Assembly (NCBI RefSeq): GCF_001194135.2
Contig: NC_068986.1
Location: forward strand, 6,492,180-6,556,179
Direction: 5' to 3'
DNA from: Octopus bimaculoides
Taxonomy: Eukaryota
DNA length: 64,000 nt
Shown: one piece after another, positions 37,297-51,400 of the stretch
How the letters are laid out: every line of letters starts with the position of its first letter
Numbering within the stretch: the first letter of the stretch is position 1
Translations under genes and position numbers: made by a program
Notes under the pieces: model-generated
Database searches by the model: none
Told to the model about the DNA's origin: nothing
The model's input: the letters and a program-made list of their open reading frames with translations, nothing else

Positions 37297-38552
37297 TATT
37301 TTTGTGTTTGTTTATCTATGTTAGATTTTGAGATGTAGATTGTTTTGCTAAAATACCATGAAAATTTATCTTCTAGCAATAGCACGAATTTTTGAATTAT
37401 TTTAATATTTTTTAAAACCTATTTGCTGACTTGTATAATTCTTTCATCTTGCTGCTAAGGACATGAAGTATAGAAAGAATTTGTAATGTTTGGTTTCCAA
37501 AGTAACATTCATCGAGAGTTTTTTTTTTACCTCACAAGGGAACATTTTCAATATTAGCATAAATTACTGAAGTTGCTTGATCACAATAGTTCTAAAAATT
37601 GATTTGTTTTTCTACTTTGGTACTGGGCCACAAATTTGAAAAGAATAGATGTAATTAATTGAATTGATTCTCAGTACACAACTTGGAGAGATGCATGGCA
37701 GCAGACTTCAGAATATAGAAGGATATAATTAAATACTTTTAATGAGCTTAAGCCAATGCTCTCTCCTACCATGTATCTTACTGATTTGAAATGACTTTAG
37801 ATGTTGGAGACATATCCTCTACCTCTGAGAATGTCAATTGTGTAATACTTCAATCATCACCAGGTATCTCATTTTGTTATTTAATAATTAGATCTGCAAT
37901 TTATTATTATTTGATATTGAGTGCTACAATGTGGCATTTACATCTTTGTTGCATTCCAGAGGTAAAATGCAAAATAGTCATTTAGATATTTGGGATAACC
38001 TGAATGCTGGCTGAAAGTGATTGAGTTAAGGTGCAAGTTAACCCTTTGCCTGTCCAAAGTATTTTCATAAGATTGTCCTAAAATGTTCATGTTTGTTTTC
38101 GGACTTTTAGTTCTTGCTTCATACATTTTGAGTAATTTAAAGTTATTCTGGTGGTTGAGAAAAATTAGGAGTGTCTCATATACAATGCATGGACACCAAG
38201 GATATCTGTCCTATGTATTACATGATACACAGGATAGAAGACAAAGGGATCACATCTGTTATGTCAGTTTCATGTGATCGTAGTAATCTATGACACTTAG
38301 TGCATCTGATAATTGAATTTGGTGCCCTAGATTCAGCAAAATGGGGAAATGAGTAATTGTAAAAGAAATATAAGCAACAAAAATTATTGAATTTATTTTC
38401 TGTATGGTTAAGAAGTTTACCTTGCAGCTACATTGTTCTAAGTTTGACCTCACTTTGCATAACTTCGAAAAATGTTATATTTTTAAATTCAGAATTTGTT
38501 TTTCAAGTTTTATTCGTATGATTTATTTTTTTAATCTTTTGTTTTAATTTAG

Positions 38553-38742
38553 GTGGTCTCAGTTGCGGACTTCTATGATCCCAATGTTCATCATTTTTGA
38601 ACCCCTGTCAGAATGTATGATGTTAGGCGTACTAGCTTCTCTAGCTGTTGAGTACATGTTTGACATTAGTCCTCTGGCCTTTTTCCTTTTACATGTTTTA
38701 GTTTGGTTTCTTCTGGATTATATACTCATGCAGATTGTTGAA
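38553..38742 (+). CDS. UGCG: UGCG exon 8
   Basis: atttAG|G TGG... to ...GAA|GTaagt, 190 nt; WSQLRTSMIPMFIIFEPLSECMM...HVLVWFLLDYILMQIVE completes RLIRW and has EPxSEC plus the hydrophobic C-terminal segments. Confidence 0.97.
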
Positions 38743-39317
38743 GTAAGTATATTTGTTTTGCATTTATTTATCAAAATTGTTGCAATTGGGGAATAAATAT
38801 TCAAAAATATGTAATTAGGAAATAATACAGGCGCTCAGTATTGAGACAGGTGTGTGTATCTAAAACAGTGGCCAAGGTGACAATCTGATAATAGGAAGGA
38901 TGTCCGACTGTAGAAACCCCAACCAAAAAATGAAACATGAGCAAGAGGAGATCCTCTGATCTGTCTAAAAATATGTACTGACTCTAACCATGTGACCCAT
39001 CCAACCCATTCCAGCAAGGAGAGTGGATGTATGTTGGTGATAATTTATTCATTCAGATTGTATCAAGATAAAATGATTTTTATTTACCTTAATTCTCAAT
39101 ACTTTTTTTTATTTTATTAAATTTGTAATGCAAAATGTATAAAGGTGTATAGACACATGGCTGTGTGGATACTGATTTTGCTTCATAGTTAAGCATTTTC
39201 AAATTCTATTTCTCCTCATGACACTCTAGGCAAGTGTCTTTTATTCTAGCCTCAGGCCAACCAATGTTTCATAAGTGGAATTGGCATTTGAGAGAAACTG
39301 TGATATGATTCTTCTTT

Positions 39318-39680
39318 TATTCTTTTATTTGTTTGTCATTTGACTGTAGCCATGCTGGAGCACCACCTTTAGTCGAACAAATCAACCCCAGGACTTATTC
39401 TTTGTAAGCCTAGTACTTATTCTATTAGTCTCTTTTGCTGAACTTCTAAGTTACAGGGACGTAAACACACCAGCATCAGATGTCAAGTGTTGGTGTGGGG
39501 ACAAACGCACACATATACGACAGGCTTCTTTCAGTTTCCATCTATCAAATCCACTCACAAGGCTTTGGTTGGCCCAAGGCTACAGTAGAAGACACTTACC
39601 CAAGGTGCCATGCAGTGGGGCTGAACCCAGAACCATGTGGTTGGTAAGCAAGCCACTTACCACGCAGCGACTCTTGCGTC
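39318..39680 (-). mobile_element. SINE family A in UGCG intron 8
   Basis: gtcatttgactgtagccatgctggagcacc ... gtaagcaagccacttaccacgcagcgactcttgcgtc, full reverse-complement copy. Confidence 0.9.
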
Positions 39681-40574
39681 GCATTTTTTTTTTTTTTTTT
39701 GACATTGCTATTGGTTACCCTGTTCAACGAAAAAGATCTTTTACTCAAATATTTGCTTAGGATTGGTGACAGGAAAGGCATCTAGTCATAAAATGCCTCA
39801 ATTCCCCTGTGCAAACTGTGCTAGCATCAAGTGGGGAAGCAGGATGTTGAACGAACTTTGACAGTTCTGTTTCTTTTTAGGAACTTTACAACTAATTATG
39901 TAGCAACTAATTATGTAAATAACCTAGTTACTGTCCATTTTTACAGAAAGATCTTGTAACGAGTAAGAAAAAAAAAATTGTTAAATTTTAATATACATCA
40001 AAAATGTTTCCTTCATGATAAGGTTTCAGTATGAATTGAATATTCATACTTCATATTAATAGTTTCTTATTGTAAATTCTGAAAAATGTATCATTTGGTT
40101 AATGATGTACTGTCTTCTTAAACAGGCTTTGTATTATTTAGCTCTCTACAGATTGAAATAGATATATATGGGGTGAAGTAGAAAAGTGCATAGGACTTGG
40201 TGAAAGTCTTTTTCTATTCACTCCTGCCAGCTGTTGAGCTGACACTGAAACCAATGAGCTGAACTATTTGTGACCTATTGCAGTGTTTGCTATTTTAGTG
40301 ACTTCCTTGGCTAAGTTACTACTCTTACTGGTTTATAGGATTGTCGGGTTATGACATAACTCTTTGTTTATAATTGTATAGAAATAGTTTTATATCAATG
40401 AAGAAGCATTAGAAATATTTTAACTTGACCAGAACTTTAGTTTGATAAGTTACATGGATATTAAAAAATCCATTTGTAGCTAGAAATTAGTTTTTGATAT
40501 GAAATGTTTAATTAAAATGTATATTAGAATTCACTATTCAGCCAAGGTGAAGCAACAAAAAAAAAATAAATAAT

Positions 40575-41185
40575 AATAGTGGATTCAAATTTTGGCATAA
40601 GGCCAGCAATTTTGGGATAACTCATTTACATCAACCCCAGGACTCAACTGGTACCTATCTTATCATCTCCCCTTAAAGAATGAAAGACGAATTTGAACTC
40701 AGAAACATAAAGACAGACGAAATACTGCTAAGCATTTTGCCTGGCATGCTAGCAATTCTGCCAGTTTACCTCCTTGATAATAATAATGGTTTCAAATTTT
40801 GCCACAAGGGCAGCAATTTGTGGGGAGGGGATGAGTGGATTACATTAGCTTCAGTNNNNNNNNNNNNNNNNNNNNNNNNNNNNNNNNNNNNNNNNNNNNN
40901 NNNNNNNNNNNNNNNNNNNNNNNNNNNNNNNNNNNNNNNNNNNNNNNNNNNNNNNNNNNNNNNNNNNNNNNNNNNNNNNNNNNNNNNNNNNNNNNNNNNN
41001 NNNNNNNNNNNNNNNNNNNTACATCAACCTCAGTGTGTAACTGGTATTTATTTCATTGACCCCCCCAGAAGGATGAAAGACAGAGTCGACCTTGGCAGAA
41101 TTTGAACTCAGAAACATAAAGACAAACAAAAATACTGCTAAGCATTTTGCCTGGCATGCTAATGTTTCTGCCAGCTCGCTGCCTG
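40575..41185 (-). mobile_element. Tandem SINE family C copies spanning a gap
   Basis: gaatttgaactcagaaacataaagaca...aaatactgctaagcattttgcctggcatgcta occurs at ~40690 and ~41100. Confidence 0.85.
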
Positions 41186-42704
41186 AACAGAGATACAAGA
41201 AATAAGATCTTTATAAATTGACATAAAAAGATATAAATTGATTTTCAAAAAGAAAAAAATGGATAGATACTTGGAGAAATGGCTCTGAAACCATTAATAT
41301 CTCCAAATTCACTCTGTTCTTGTAAGTACAATTAGATGATAAAGCGAAATCCACATGAGACTTGTTACTCAGGACCCACTTCATAAAATATAGCCAGAAT
41401 GTAGTTCTTTAGTTTGGACATTGAGGTTTGTTGAAGAGGAAAACTCTTTACTTCAATCCTTTACTGTAGTGTGTCCACTGCTTGTTCATCATTACTAAAA
41501 AATGGTGACAAGTAATCTTAATGGATGGATCTGGTGGTAAATCAAATTTTTCCTTCACATATTTGCTGGTTGGTATAAAATCACATGTTCAATGAACATT
41601 AGTGAAGAATGCAGAGCAGGGTTTCTTACCTATTTCTGGCATTCAGGATTGATTGCATCACTGCCATTCTTTGCATAACCTGGCAGTCTTTTCTTTAGTA
41701 ATATTGCCAACCAATCAAATAATGAAAGAAACATTCTATTTTATATTTGAAATTAAATTTTACCTTTTATCTAATGGTATTGATGAGAATTGAACTATAT
41801 AATTTTAACTAGTGAATAATTACAATTGTATTAGTCACTGGCAGCCTCTGGTTACTAACCAAAAAGTCGATGATTTACATCCTGTGGCCAAAGCCAGTCC
41901 ATGTACTAGATGTATTTGCAAGTTAATGAGATATGCAATCCAAATTTAACAATTGCTTCATTATCTTACAGTACTGAGATCAACTTCTCTTCTGGATAAT
42001 GATAATAATAATCCTTAAATCTTACAGACATTGCGTTTATAAAATGAACAGTAGCTGTCTCTTATTTAGTGATCTTTCTAGTAATATCATGGGTTCTGAC
42101 ATACACACTTTTGTTCAGAGTGTAATATATAAAGCATGAAAGGTATCAATTATATCTTAGAGTTATGATTAGAACTTGAACTCTTTTACTTAAAACAATT
42201 CTTGTAGTCTTAAGCTATTCAACTTTCTAGGTAGTCCTGTATAGTAGAGATAACTTGAATATATGAATTTATAAATTCTCTCTCTGGCACTCTAATGTTA
42301 ATTTGTTACCTCTTACTTTCTGATGCATCAACTCTTTCCACTGTCCATTTACAAGATTGTTTGTTCATTTCTTGCTGCCATTTCCAACTTTATATTTTTT
42401 TTATTTTGCTAGAAGTAGTTGATCAATCTTGCTGTAATTTGTGGTGCAGCAGTTTGACAAGTTTTTTGGTTGCCTGTAAGCACTGTGTAGAATGATTACA
42501 AATAAATATATATCACCTACTATTCTATTTATGTCTTCTGGTATTCATCCAAGTTTATTTACTTTCTGTTTTTCAAATGATAATCGTTATATTCAACAGA
42601 GTTACTTATAAATTAGATAACACCAATATATAAAAGTATTATAGTTTAGTTTATTCTTTTAGCCATTGTTAAATAATTTTAAAGGAAAATACATATCTAA
42701 GAAC

Positions 42705-42873
42705 ACATAATTCATCATTTTATGTCTATTTTCCATACTGGCATGGGTTGGATAGATCAACAGGATCCAATAGGTTGGAGGGCCACATCGTGCTCCAATA
42801 TCTCAATTTTGGCGTGGTTTCTACAACTAGATGTTGTTCCTAACATTTACCACTTAACAGACTGTCTTGGATG

Positions 42874-42875
<2 letters not shown>
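42705..42875 (-). mobile_element. Retroposon family B, diverged
   Basis: ttttccatactggcatgggttggatag ... tttctacaactagatg. Confidence 0.65.
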
Positions 42876-42913
<38 letters not shown>

Positions 42914-43477
42914 TTGTTGTTGTGTGGCACCTGACTAAGTTGTTGAGAGATGATGGTGATTTTAGGTGAAGTTCAGAAATATGATGGGAGGAATAGGTTT
43001 ATTGCTGTCAAAGAATGTGTATATATGTATATTTATTAACTTTGACACGAAGTCCTTGGTAATTATGAAATGGAAATATTTGTAAAGCACTATTTTTAAA
43101 ACAATGTTTGAATATTTTCAATTACATGTTGATATGAATTTAATTACTGAGAATAATATATTCTTTAGGTCTGCAGTGGTGCAGGCCTAAAGTAGGTCAC
43201 TAAATTGCAATTATATCAGTAACTTGTTGCAATGCTACATATTTGACTTAAATACTTTATTTAATGTAGATTTATACAGTAAACTTTGTAACAACTGACT
43301 GTAGTTATATGTTGGTATATTTTGAACCTTATAACAGATAATTGCTGTTACATGTTGGAAATTTATAACAGTTATATATTGAAAATATAAATGTAGATTG
43401 GACTCCATTAGTGTTTTAGGATGCTGTTTATGATATGACTCCAATAAATTTTTTAAATGTTTAATCTTTTATTTCAG

Positions 43478-43642
43478 AATGGCTCCTTACCGATGTCAAA
43501 GTTTGAATTCCTTGTCTGCTGGCTTTTACGAGAAGTTATGACATTGTATCTAACAATTCAAAGTCACCGAGATTGGACAATTGTGTGGAGGAATCGAAAA
43601 TACCGAGTACGCTGGGGTGGAATTGCTGAAGAAATTGTATAG
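43478..43642 (+). CDS. UGCG: UGCG terminal coding exon (exon 9) with TAG stop
   Basis: atttcAG|AAT...GTA TAG, 165 nt; NGSLPMSKFEFLVCWLLREVMTLY...WRNRKYRVRWGGIAEEIV aligns to human ...WFIRESMTIY...[20 protein letters not shown]. Confidence 0.97.
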   Translation, partial: NGSLPMSKFEFLVCWLLREVMTLYLTIQSHRDWTIVWRNRKYRVRWGGIAEEIV

Positions 43643-43659
43643 CAATGGGGGGATGCAAG

Positions 43660-43687
43660 TGTGTGTATGTATGTATGTATGTATGTA

Positions 43688-43725
<38 letters not shown>
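43660..43725 (+). repeat. (TATG)n(TG)n microsatellite in the proximal UGCG 3' UTR
   Basis: Begins ~17 nt after the stop codon. Confidence 0.9.
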
Positions 43726-43726
<1 letters not shown>

Positions 43727-45669
43727 CTAGGTATGGGTGTGCGTATATGGTTTCTTAAATAATGTTGTTTGAGGATTTGTGATAGTAATTGGTGATAGTG
43801 TCACCAGCAGTTTATGTTTAGTTAATGACTTTTGTTTTCTACTTTCTAACTCCCGCTAATTGTACCCCTCCCTGTTCTACTCCCCTATCCTCCACCCACA
43901 AAGACTCCTCTTTCTGGTTGTTGGAACAGTTGAGGGCTGAAGTGGGATGGTTTTTTTTGGGGGTTTTTTTTCCTTTTGGGTATGTTGGTTTTCTTCTGGT
44001 GCTTGTGTTAAATACTTGATAAATCTCTCAACTATTCTTGAAGCAGATATCACTAGTTATAAATCATTTTTATGTAAACTTGTTGAATGACATTTTTCGA
44101 GTGAATACAAAAAATGAAAAATTGTAGTATAGTGAGAAATGTCAAATATAAGCAGCTGTTACGTCAATCCTAAGATATATATATATATATTTATGATGAT
44201 CATATTGGTATTTTTATTGATCATATTGGATCAACTAGGCTAGATCAAGTTCTTTGTGTTGATTAATAACATTCTTTGAACTTTCAAGTAACTGTTGTAT
44301 TCAGGTTTTCTATAGATTCTAACTCTGTAAGAATATATTTTTTTAAGTTTCAACATCTCCTATTTTCCTCAACAGTTGGGAGGAATAAATTTTATTTAAT
44401 GCTTTACAAGACCTAAAGACTGAAAAGAATTTGACTTCTCAGTGAAAAGAAAATGTTCCAAATATAATGTTAGCTCTCTTGAAAATCTTCATTATACATG
44501 TAGGTACAAAACAAGTTGTTCACTTGTGACCTTTTGGTATAGTGTAGTAATAATTTCAATTGATCTGTTGATGAAATGTGTTCTTTGCCAACATTATTTC
44601 TGATGTTGAAACAAAAATCAAACCCACCTTTTTATTACTTACATGTCTAGTTAAGTATTCTTGTAATTGTTTTGTGAGCCAGATAACTTTGTGCTATGTA
44701 TATAGAGATGATATCAATTTGGGGATTTTCTTAATATACGGTGTAATTTTTTGTGAGAGTGAACTGTTAATATATTAGTTTAAAAAAAGAAAGTGTAGCT
44801 GAGAATGCTTGCATTTAGTTCTACCATGTATTTTCTGTTGTCTCAATGAAAACCACCTTAGTACTGTCGGGTTTAGATTTATTAAGATACCTTGTATCCA
44901 CTATTCCACATAATACTATAATATAATAAATAAATATCAGATATAATGTTACACAATTGGTGTATCTGTTTCAACTGAATTGACTGATGTGAATTATTAA
45001 CCAGATATAACTGCTTCAAACATAATTAATCCATATAAATTCTAAATACCGATATTTTACACCATTTTGGAGTTAGTTCCACTGAATTGCTCACTTACTT
45101 CATTTCAATGATTTCTCAAAGAATTCTAGTGAAATGTTTGAGGTTTGGTGTTGAGATCTTCCTGACTGCCAACAAATCTTTTTTTTTTTTTTCATCAGTA
45201 GCTTCATTGTGGCATGCCTTAGAAAGAAATCTTTCCGGTCTAGAATGGCCATTCTGTTCCTTGTAGATTTGTCATCATTCTAACTCTATTCTTTCTCTTT
45301 ATTAGTAAATTTTTCAAACTTTTTAACATATTTTACACTTACACCATATACCATTTTCCTTTCTTTCCAAACACAAGTGTTACCCACTTGCAATCTTAAC
45401 AGCTTCTGATTAACCTTTTAATACTTGATATTGATAGATTTCTGACAGAAGCGTGGTTTGAGGACAACTGAAAAATCATTTAGCATCACTAAATACTATT
45501 TCATTTTTACTTTTAGAAAACACTTGAATCACTTTCTTTGCTCATGTACAGTTAGTTCACAGTTAAAAAAGAACCCGTACTATTAAAACTGCACCTAAAA
45601 AAGAGTGGACTCTTTTAAATGATGAATAATACTTTTTAGTTCTGAACAATTGCTGTCACTTGATATGTC

Positions 45670-46030
45670 TCACCATGGAATACTGCTTACATAGTTTCAA
45701 TACTATCCTTGCGTCTTGTAGCAAAACATTAGTGAGCACCTTGGAAAAAACCATCTACCTGAAATGACAAATCTGCCATCCTGAACTGCCTCCAATTTCT
45801 GCTTCATCAGCCTTTTTTTACAACTCTGTGTACCTGCTTTATACCTCTCACTTTTACTATTGTATCTCTTGTTTATGACCTTTATACTGTCTCATTTTTT
45901 TAGACCCTGTTCTAAAAACTTTGCTCTATCCATGGTCTTCAGAACTACGTTCATAGTGAACAGTCTCCCCACTCCCCATGTCTTCCCATCAAACAGTTAC
46001 AGTTCAAACTGAACACGTCAACCATATTAA
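45670..46030 (+). mobile_element. Degenerate CR1-type LINE 3' remnant
   Basis: TMEYC at the start and VNSLPTPHVFP near the end resemble the CR1 ORF2 motifs xMEYC and WNSLP..VFP; heavily decayed between. Confidence 0.45.
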
Positions 46031-47779
46031 TGCCTCAGTCATTCTGAGAATGAAGGCTACAAAGGACCATGTGACTTGTGTCATTTCTCCTCCAAGCAAG
46101 TCATAATCCACCCAAAAGTAGTAAATGCTACTTTGGTTGATCAGATCTGATATGAAGTCATCAAAATGTTGTTGAACTCATTATGACGATTCCCATCAAC
46201 CTGACTTCAGCATTGAAATATATACTTGAACATGGTTTGTTTTCACATTCTTCATTGTCTTAAATGAGTGTGTCACTAACAAAATCCTACCCCTTCCTCT
46301 CAACTTATGTCAATTTTGTTTTCTACCCTACCACCTATCTTCTAATTTATTTGTTCGCTGGTCTGTTTTCATCAAAAAGCTTAAGATCATCTAAAATTAA
46401 CGTGTATTTGTACTCTGTTTTATGCTGAGTACAAATACCTCGCCCCTTCCCTCTCCTTTTTGTGTATAAACAGGAAAAAAAAATTCCTTGCCTAATAAAA
46501 ATGTTAAAAATTTATACAAAACTTAATCAACAATAATACTACGAAAGAGTTCATAAAAGAAAACATATATTCAAGCAATCATATTTCAAGAAAGCATTAC
46601 AGCAATCTGTATTTTCTTGTTGAACAATGAAAGTAGCAAACAAATTGTTGATCAAAGTTCTTTTCTATATTATAACCTTTATTAACAGTTATTTCAAATT
46701 AAGCATTTAAAAACAAAAAAATTTGGAATTTTTTTCTCGTTGTAATAATCACTTCCTGTGGTAATGTTTAATTTTGATACAGCCAGATCTCTATGACAAC
46801 CATTTCTATCAAATAGGCTAAGACCCTCTGCCTTACTTTTGTTCTTGACAATCTTGGTTCAGTCTTTGGTTTCTTCTTCATCTTCACTACTCTCTGCAGT
46901 CCCTTTTCTTCATTTTTTTTTTTTTTTTAAACCATTGGCTTTTTTTTTTTTTTTTCCCTTTTAGGAAAACCAAAGGGGAAGCTTACTTGGTATCTCAGGT
47001 TGGCTGTGAAATAAAAACAAATAAAACTGCTAAAGAGATGACCATGTATTTTTAGATTTTTGTTAGAAAGTGAGAATGGTTGTTTGTGTATGTATGTGTG
47101 TGTGTCTTTCATGAAACTTCAGATATCTATGACATGTTAATATATTGATGTTTATTATCATTACCAAGTAAGCAAAGAAATTATTGAAATTCTGTTGCTT
47201 GCATTGTAATATAGTCTGAGACTATAAACCATTGCAGCATTATTTATTTCTTAAACATTTATTATTTTTGTTATTCAAAAATTTAAATGTCAGTTAATGT
47301 TTCATATTAATCTGAACTTTTAAAACCCTGTTTACTCCTCCTTTTTTCATGGATTGTAATAAATCCTTAGTATTGTTGGTTATTTATCAGTATTGAAACA
47401 AGTTGTCTGTTATTGTTTTAGTTTCTAGTGAATATGGTCGCCAACTTTTTTTTTTTTTTTGCCAGATTAGTATAATAATAATTCTATCTCCTGTTACTGT
47501 GGTAACTTAATGTTATTCACTTTTGTAACCATTGCTGAAAATGAAGTTTCCAGTCAACCCTTCAGTTGGTTTCTTAAATTGTTCTTTTCATTTAACTAAT
47601 ATCGAATTTGATATTGCTTTATTTTGACATTTATAGGAAAATATCATTTGACATTTTAACTTGATTTTTATAGAAAGAAAGAACTATTTCTTCACTTACT
47701 ATATTTTAAATTTAGTTCAGTTATCTTTAAATTGGAATTTCTAACCTTCAAATATTGTATATTAAATGGACTATTAGGG

Positions 47780-48440
47780 AGGGTGGTGGATTGGCAGAAT
47801 TGTTAGAGCATTAGAAAAAATACCCTGCAGTTATTGCTTTGGTTTTTTATGTTTTAAGTTCAAATCTCACTGAGGACAACTTTGTGTTCCATTATGGAAT
47901 TGATAAAGTTAAATAGCTGCCAAGGACTGGGCTTGGTATAATCAACTGTTCCTTTTTCCCCTGGTCAAAATACAATGCTGTATTTAGTTAACGTTAAAAT
48001 TCCACCAAAGTTGAATTCATTTTATAGTTTACCAGATGCCAATAAAATAATCAGGAAATCAATACTAATCAATATAATCAACTGTTATCTCCCCAGATTT
48101 ATGTCTGTGTCAGATCAGTTGAGGCTGTGGCATAATTTGAACTTGGAGTGCAGAGAGCTGGAACAGCTACTGCAAAGCAATCTGATAATCTAACAACTGC
48201 CAATTGGTCATCTAGTGGCGTAATTAGTAGTGTCAAACTAAATCAGATAGTATAGTGGCATAATTAGTAAAGTGTTGGACTAAATGTTGTGTTATGTCTA
48301 CATTCTCACTTCTTACTGAAGTTGATTTTTTTTTTACATTCATTCTTCCTAGGTCGTTAAGTACCAGTCAAACATTGGGGTTGATATAATCAGTTACATT
48401 CCTCCCCACAACATTGTGGCCTTGTACCTATAATTATTAG
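47780..48440 (+). mobile_element. Two diverged SINE family C copies (~47780-47970 and ~48250-48440)
   Basis: ttggcagaattgttagagc...gttcaaatctcactgagg and aagtaccagtcaaacattggggttgatataatc. Confidence 0.6.
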
Positions 48441-51400
48441 GGTTTTTTTTTTTTACTCTACTAGTTAATGAACCAGGTAAAATTAATCTTGCATTCATCT
48501 ATCTGTACACAATAGAATTTAATGATTTAGATAGTAGACTATTAAAGCTTGCCAGCATAAAATGTTGTCTAGATATTATGCTTGGCGAAAAGTTTTGAGT
48601 TATTAGTTAAAAATATTTTCATTGTCTAATTTCATAATATTCTTCATAACACTCCTTATATTGAAGAGCTTTCAACCATTGATAATACATCCGTGAATGA
48701 ATCATGGATAATCATTTTTTTTTTTAAACACTTTTCAAATAAGATCAAAGTATATGGAATCTCCACTTTGGAGTATCTTGTTAGCTAATTCTGAGATTTT
48801 CTACCATAACAGACACTTGTTGATCTAAAATATTTTGTTTTACACCATTTTAAATCAATAGGATTTGAAGGATTTTTATTTCTTTTTTAGCTGGCTTGCA
48901 AACTAATTTAAATTAGTTTTATTTGTACTCAATCCATTTATTCAACAGTCATTGTTTACATTAATAAGTCTTATGAGTTTAAAATTAGATAATTTATTTT
49001 TTTATAATTTTAAATTAAAATCCTTGAATATTATTTTTGATTGATATCTTTTAAGTCGAGCAATAAACCTATATCAGAGGCCCTTTGTGAAAATTAGTTT
49101 AAAACAATAAGTATTTTTTAAAGAAAAGCAGTATGTATACACATACATTACAAATTGACTGAGCTTCAGCTACCTACTTGAAACAGTACATTATTGTGTG
49201 TATTTTTGTTTTTCTGTTTGTATTGGTTTCCAGTTCGTTGGGCCAATTAATATATGAACAAGTCCAGTTGGTTTGGCTAACTTAGCTAAATTGTACAAGC
49301 ATGATACAAGTACATTGTTGTTGTGTAGCTCTGAGTCAGCTCTGGTTGAGCGGACGTTATTATTAGTACGATGTTGAATCTGTGGGTGACATTTTCTCCA
49401 GGTCCTATTAAATAAATGTTTAATGTTTGTATTACAATTTTTTAATGCCCAAATTAACGCACAGACATGTCTAAAATGAAAGAAGATATAATGCAAACTG
49501 CAAATTTTCCAGATCTTCAAAGAAGCTTGTTATTTTTAGCATTCTAGATATTTGATAATTTATCTAGAAAAGGGGACATTTTCTTTTCTATTGCAAAATT
49601 ACAACTTTTACTATTTTCTCATTTTCTCTTCACTTTTAGAAGAATGAAAATGAAGAAAATGATTTTTAAAAAAACAGCTTGTAAAAAATTTTTCACAGGG
49701 CTGCATGTTTTACTAGAAACATGAATTTAATAGATGCATGATTCTTATTTTTAACCCTCTAAACTAGAGAAGTCCTCTTATTGACCAGCCAAACCCCTCA
49801 AGGCCAATTTAATTGGTAGAGCCAATTTATAGCATTTATTTTGTTATTTCTCTTTCGTGATAAAAACAATTTTGTATCCAAGTGATATGAAACTATGATA
49901 ATTGTGCTAAATTTCTATCGGATACTGCTTCAGTAATTATTCCCTGCATGGCTAACTGGTTCATTGTACATTCACTAGTTTCTCCCTCTGCTGACTAACC
50001 CATCTCCCTCCTTTTTGGTGGCTGTCCCTACGCACAATGCTTTATTGGTGACTTAAAAATGTAGACTAATTAAAACAACGATGATACTGTTTACTCTGAT
50101 AATGACATCAATGATTGAAGATAAGCAGATTTTTTATTTATGCCAAAGGAGAGACTTTTTAAGCATTCTATATATGTAATCTAGTCACTCATGTTACCTC
50201 AATTTGCATATCTGCTAATTTCTTAGAATTTTTGGAATGTGTACTATTAGGTCTGCAGGCAGTTTTGTCATCATTGTTACTGGTTAACGATGTCCATAAT
50301 TTTTTTTTTTTTAATTTAGTTGTAACTGTCTTCATAGTCCTCATTGTATTTTCTTTATTCAGATGACTGAAAAATTATTAAATACGTTGTTCACGCATGC
50401 TATGAAGGCTATTTAAAAGAAAATGGTGTGAAAATCTTGTGTGCATGTTTATATAATCCTCCACCTTCATTGCATATATCTTTACTGCAATTATTGACTT
50501 CCAAAGCAGGATATTAATGGTGTCAATCATGCTGGTCTAGGAGGGTCTGCAAAGCCATAGGTACTGTCTCCTACTTCAGGCCCAGTGAGTAATATATATA
50601 GCATGTATATACACCATTGAAATAAAGATTAGTTTTATGTTAAACTTAATCTTGAAATTGTTAATGTTAATATGATGGTCATTACTACAGGAACTGCATT
50701 ATATTTGTTAATATCGTTGTGAATTTCTCAGGTTTGTTTTTGTTATTCTCTAAAGTTTCTCAGTGAATTAACATTAATAATGTAAATATTCAACAACAAA
50801 AATATAAGTAGGGCACAACTTCTGAAATTGTATGCACTCCATTTTGTACTTCTTCATTGAAGGCTTGAAATTGTTTTCTGGGTGCATATAAACATTTGTT
50901 TTCATCTCCTTTAACTAGATACTGTAGGATTAATACTAAAAAAAATGGATCAGGCTGTAGACTGGCAAGATCATTAGAGTATTGAATTAAATGCCTTACA
51001 GTATTGAGCATTGTTCCTGTATGTTCTGAGTTCAATTCTGCCATGGTCAATTTTGCCTTTCATCTTTTCTGGGTTGATAAATGTTTGTGGCTTTCTGCCT
51101 GTATTTGAAATTTTAATTAATCTGTAGGTTACTGATTTTCTGTTCATCTCCTGTCAACTAAGTTGCTCTCCTCAAACTCGATGTAGTTTCTATTTTTTGT
51201 TTTGGTTTGAGAATTTGGCTGAATCTACAGCAATTGCTTAGTTAGAAATTAGTAAGGCTTGAGAAAATTAATTTAACATTTATTCTGCATACTTTATTAA
51301 AAAAAAATTTTCTATAAAAGTATTTTTACATTCACACTAAATTGAAAATTTTTTTCTAACCCATCTAAGTATCACTAGTTAGTGTCTAACTTAAGCTTTT

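Noticed and set aside
46230-46400. Possible second Penelope-like RT fragment (STYVNFVFYPT)
   Set aside because: Resemblance is too short and degenerate to support by eye
49191-49520. 109-aa minus-strand ORF downstream of UGCG
   Set aside because: No recognisable motif; plus-strand acceptor-like site nearby hits stops in all three frames
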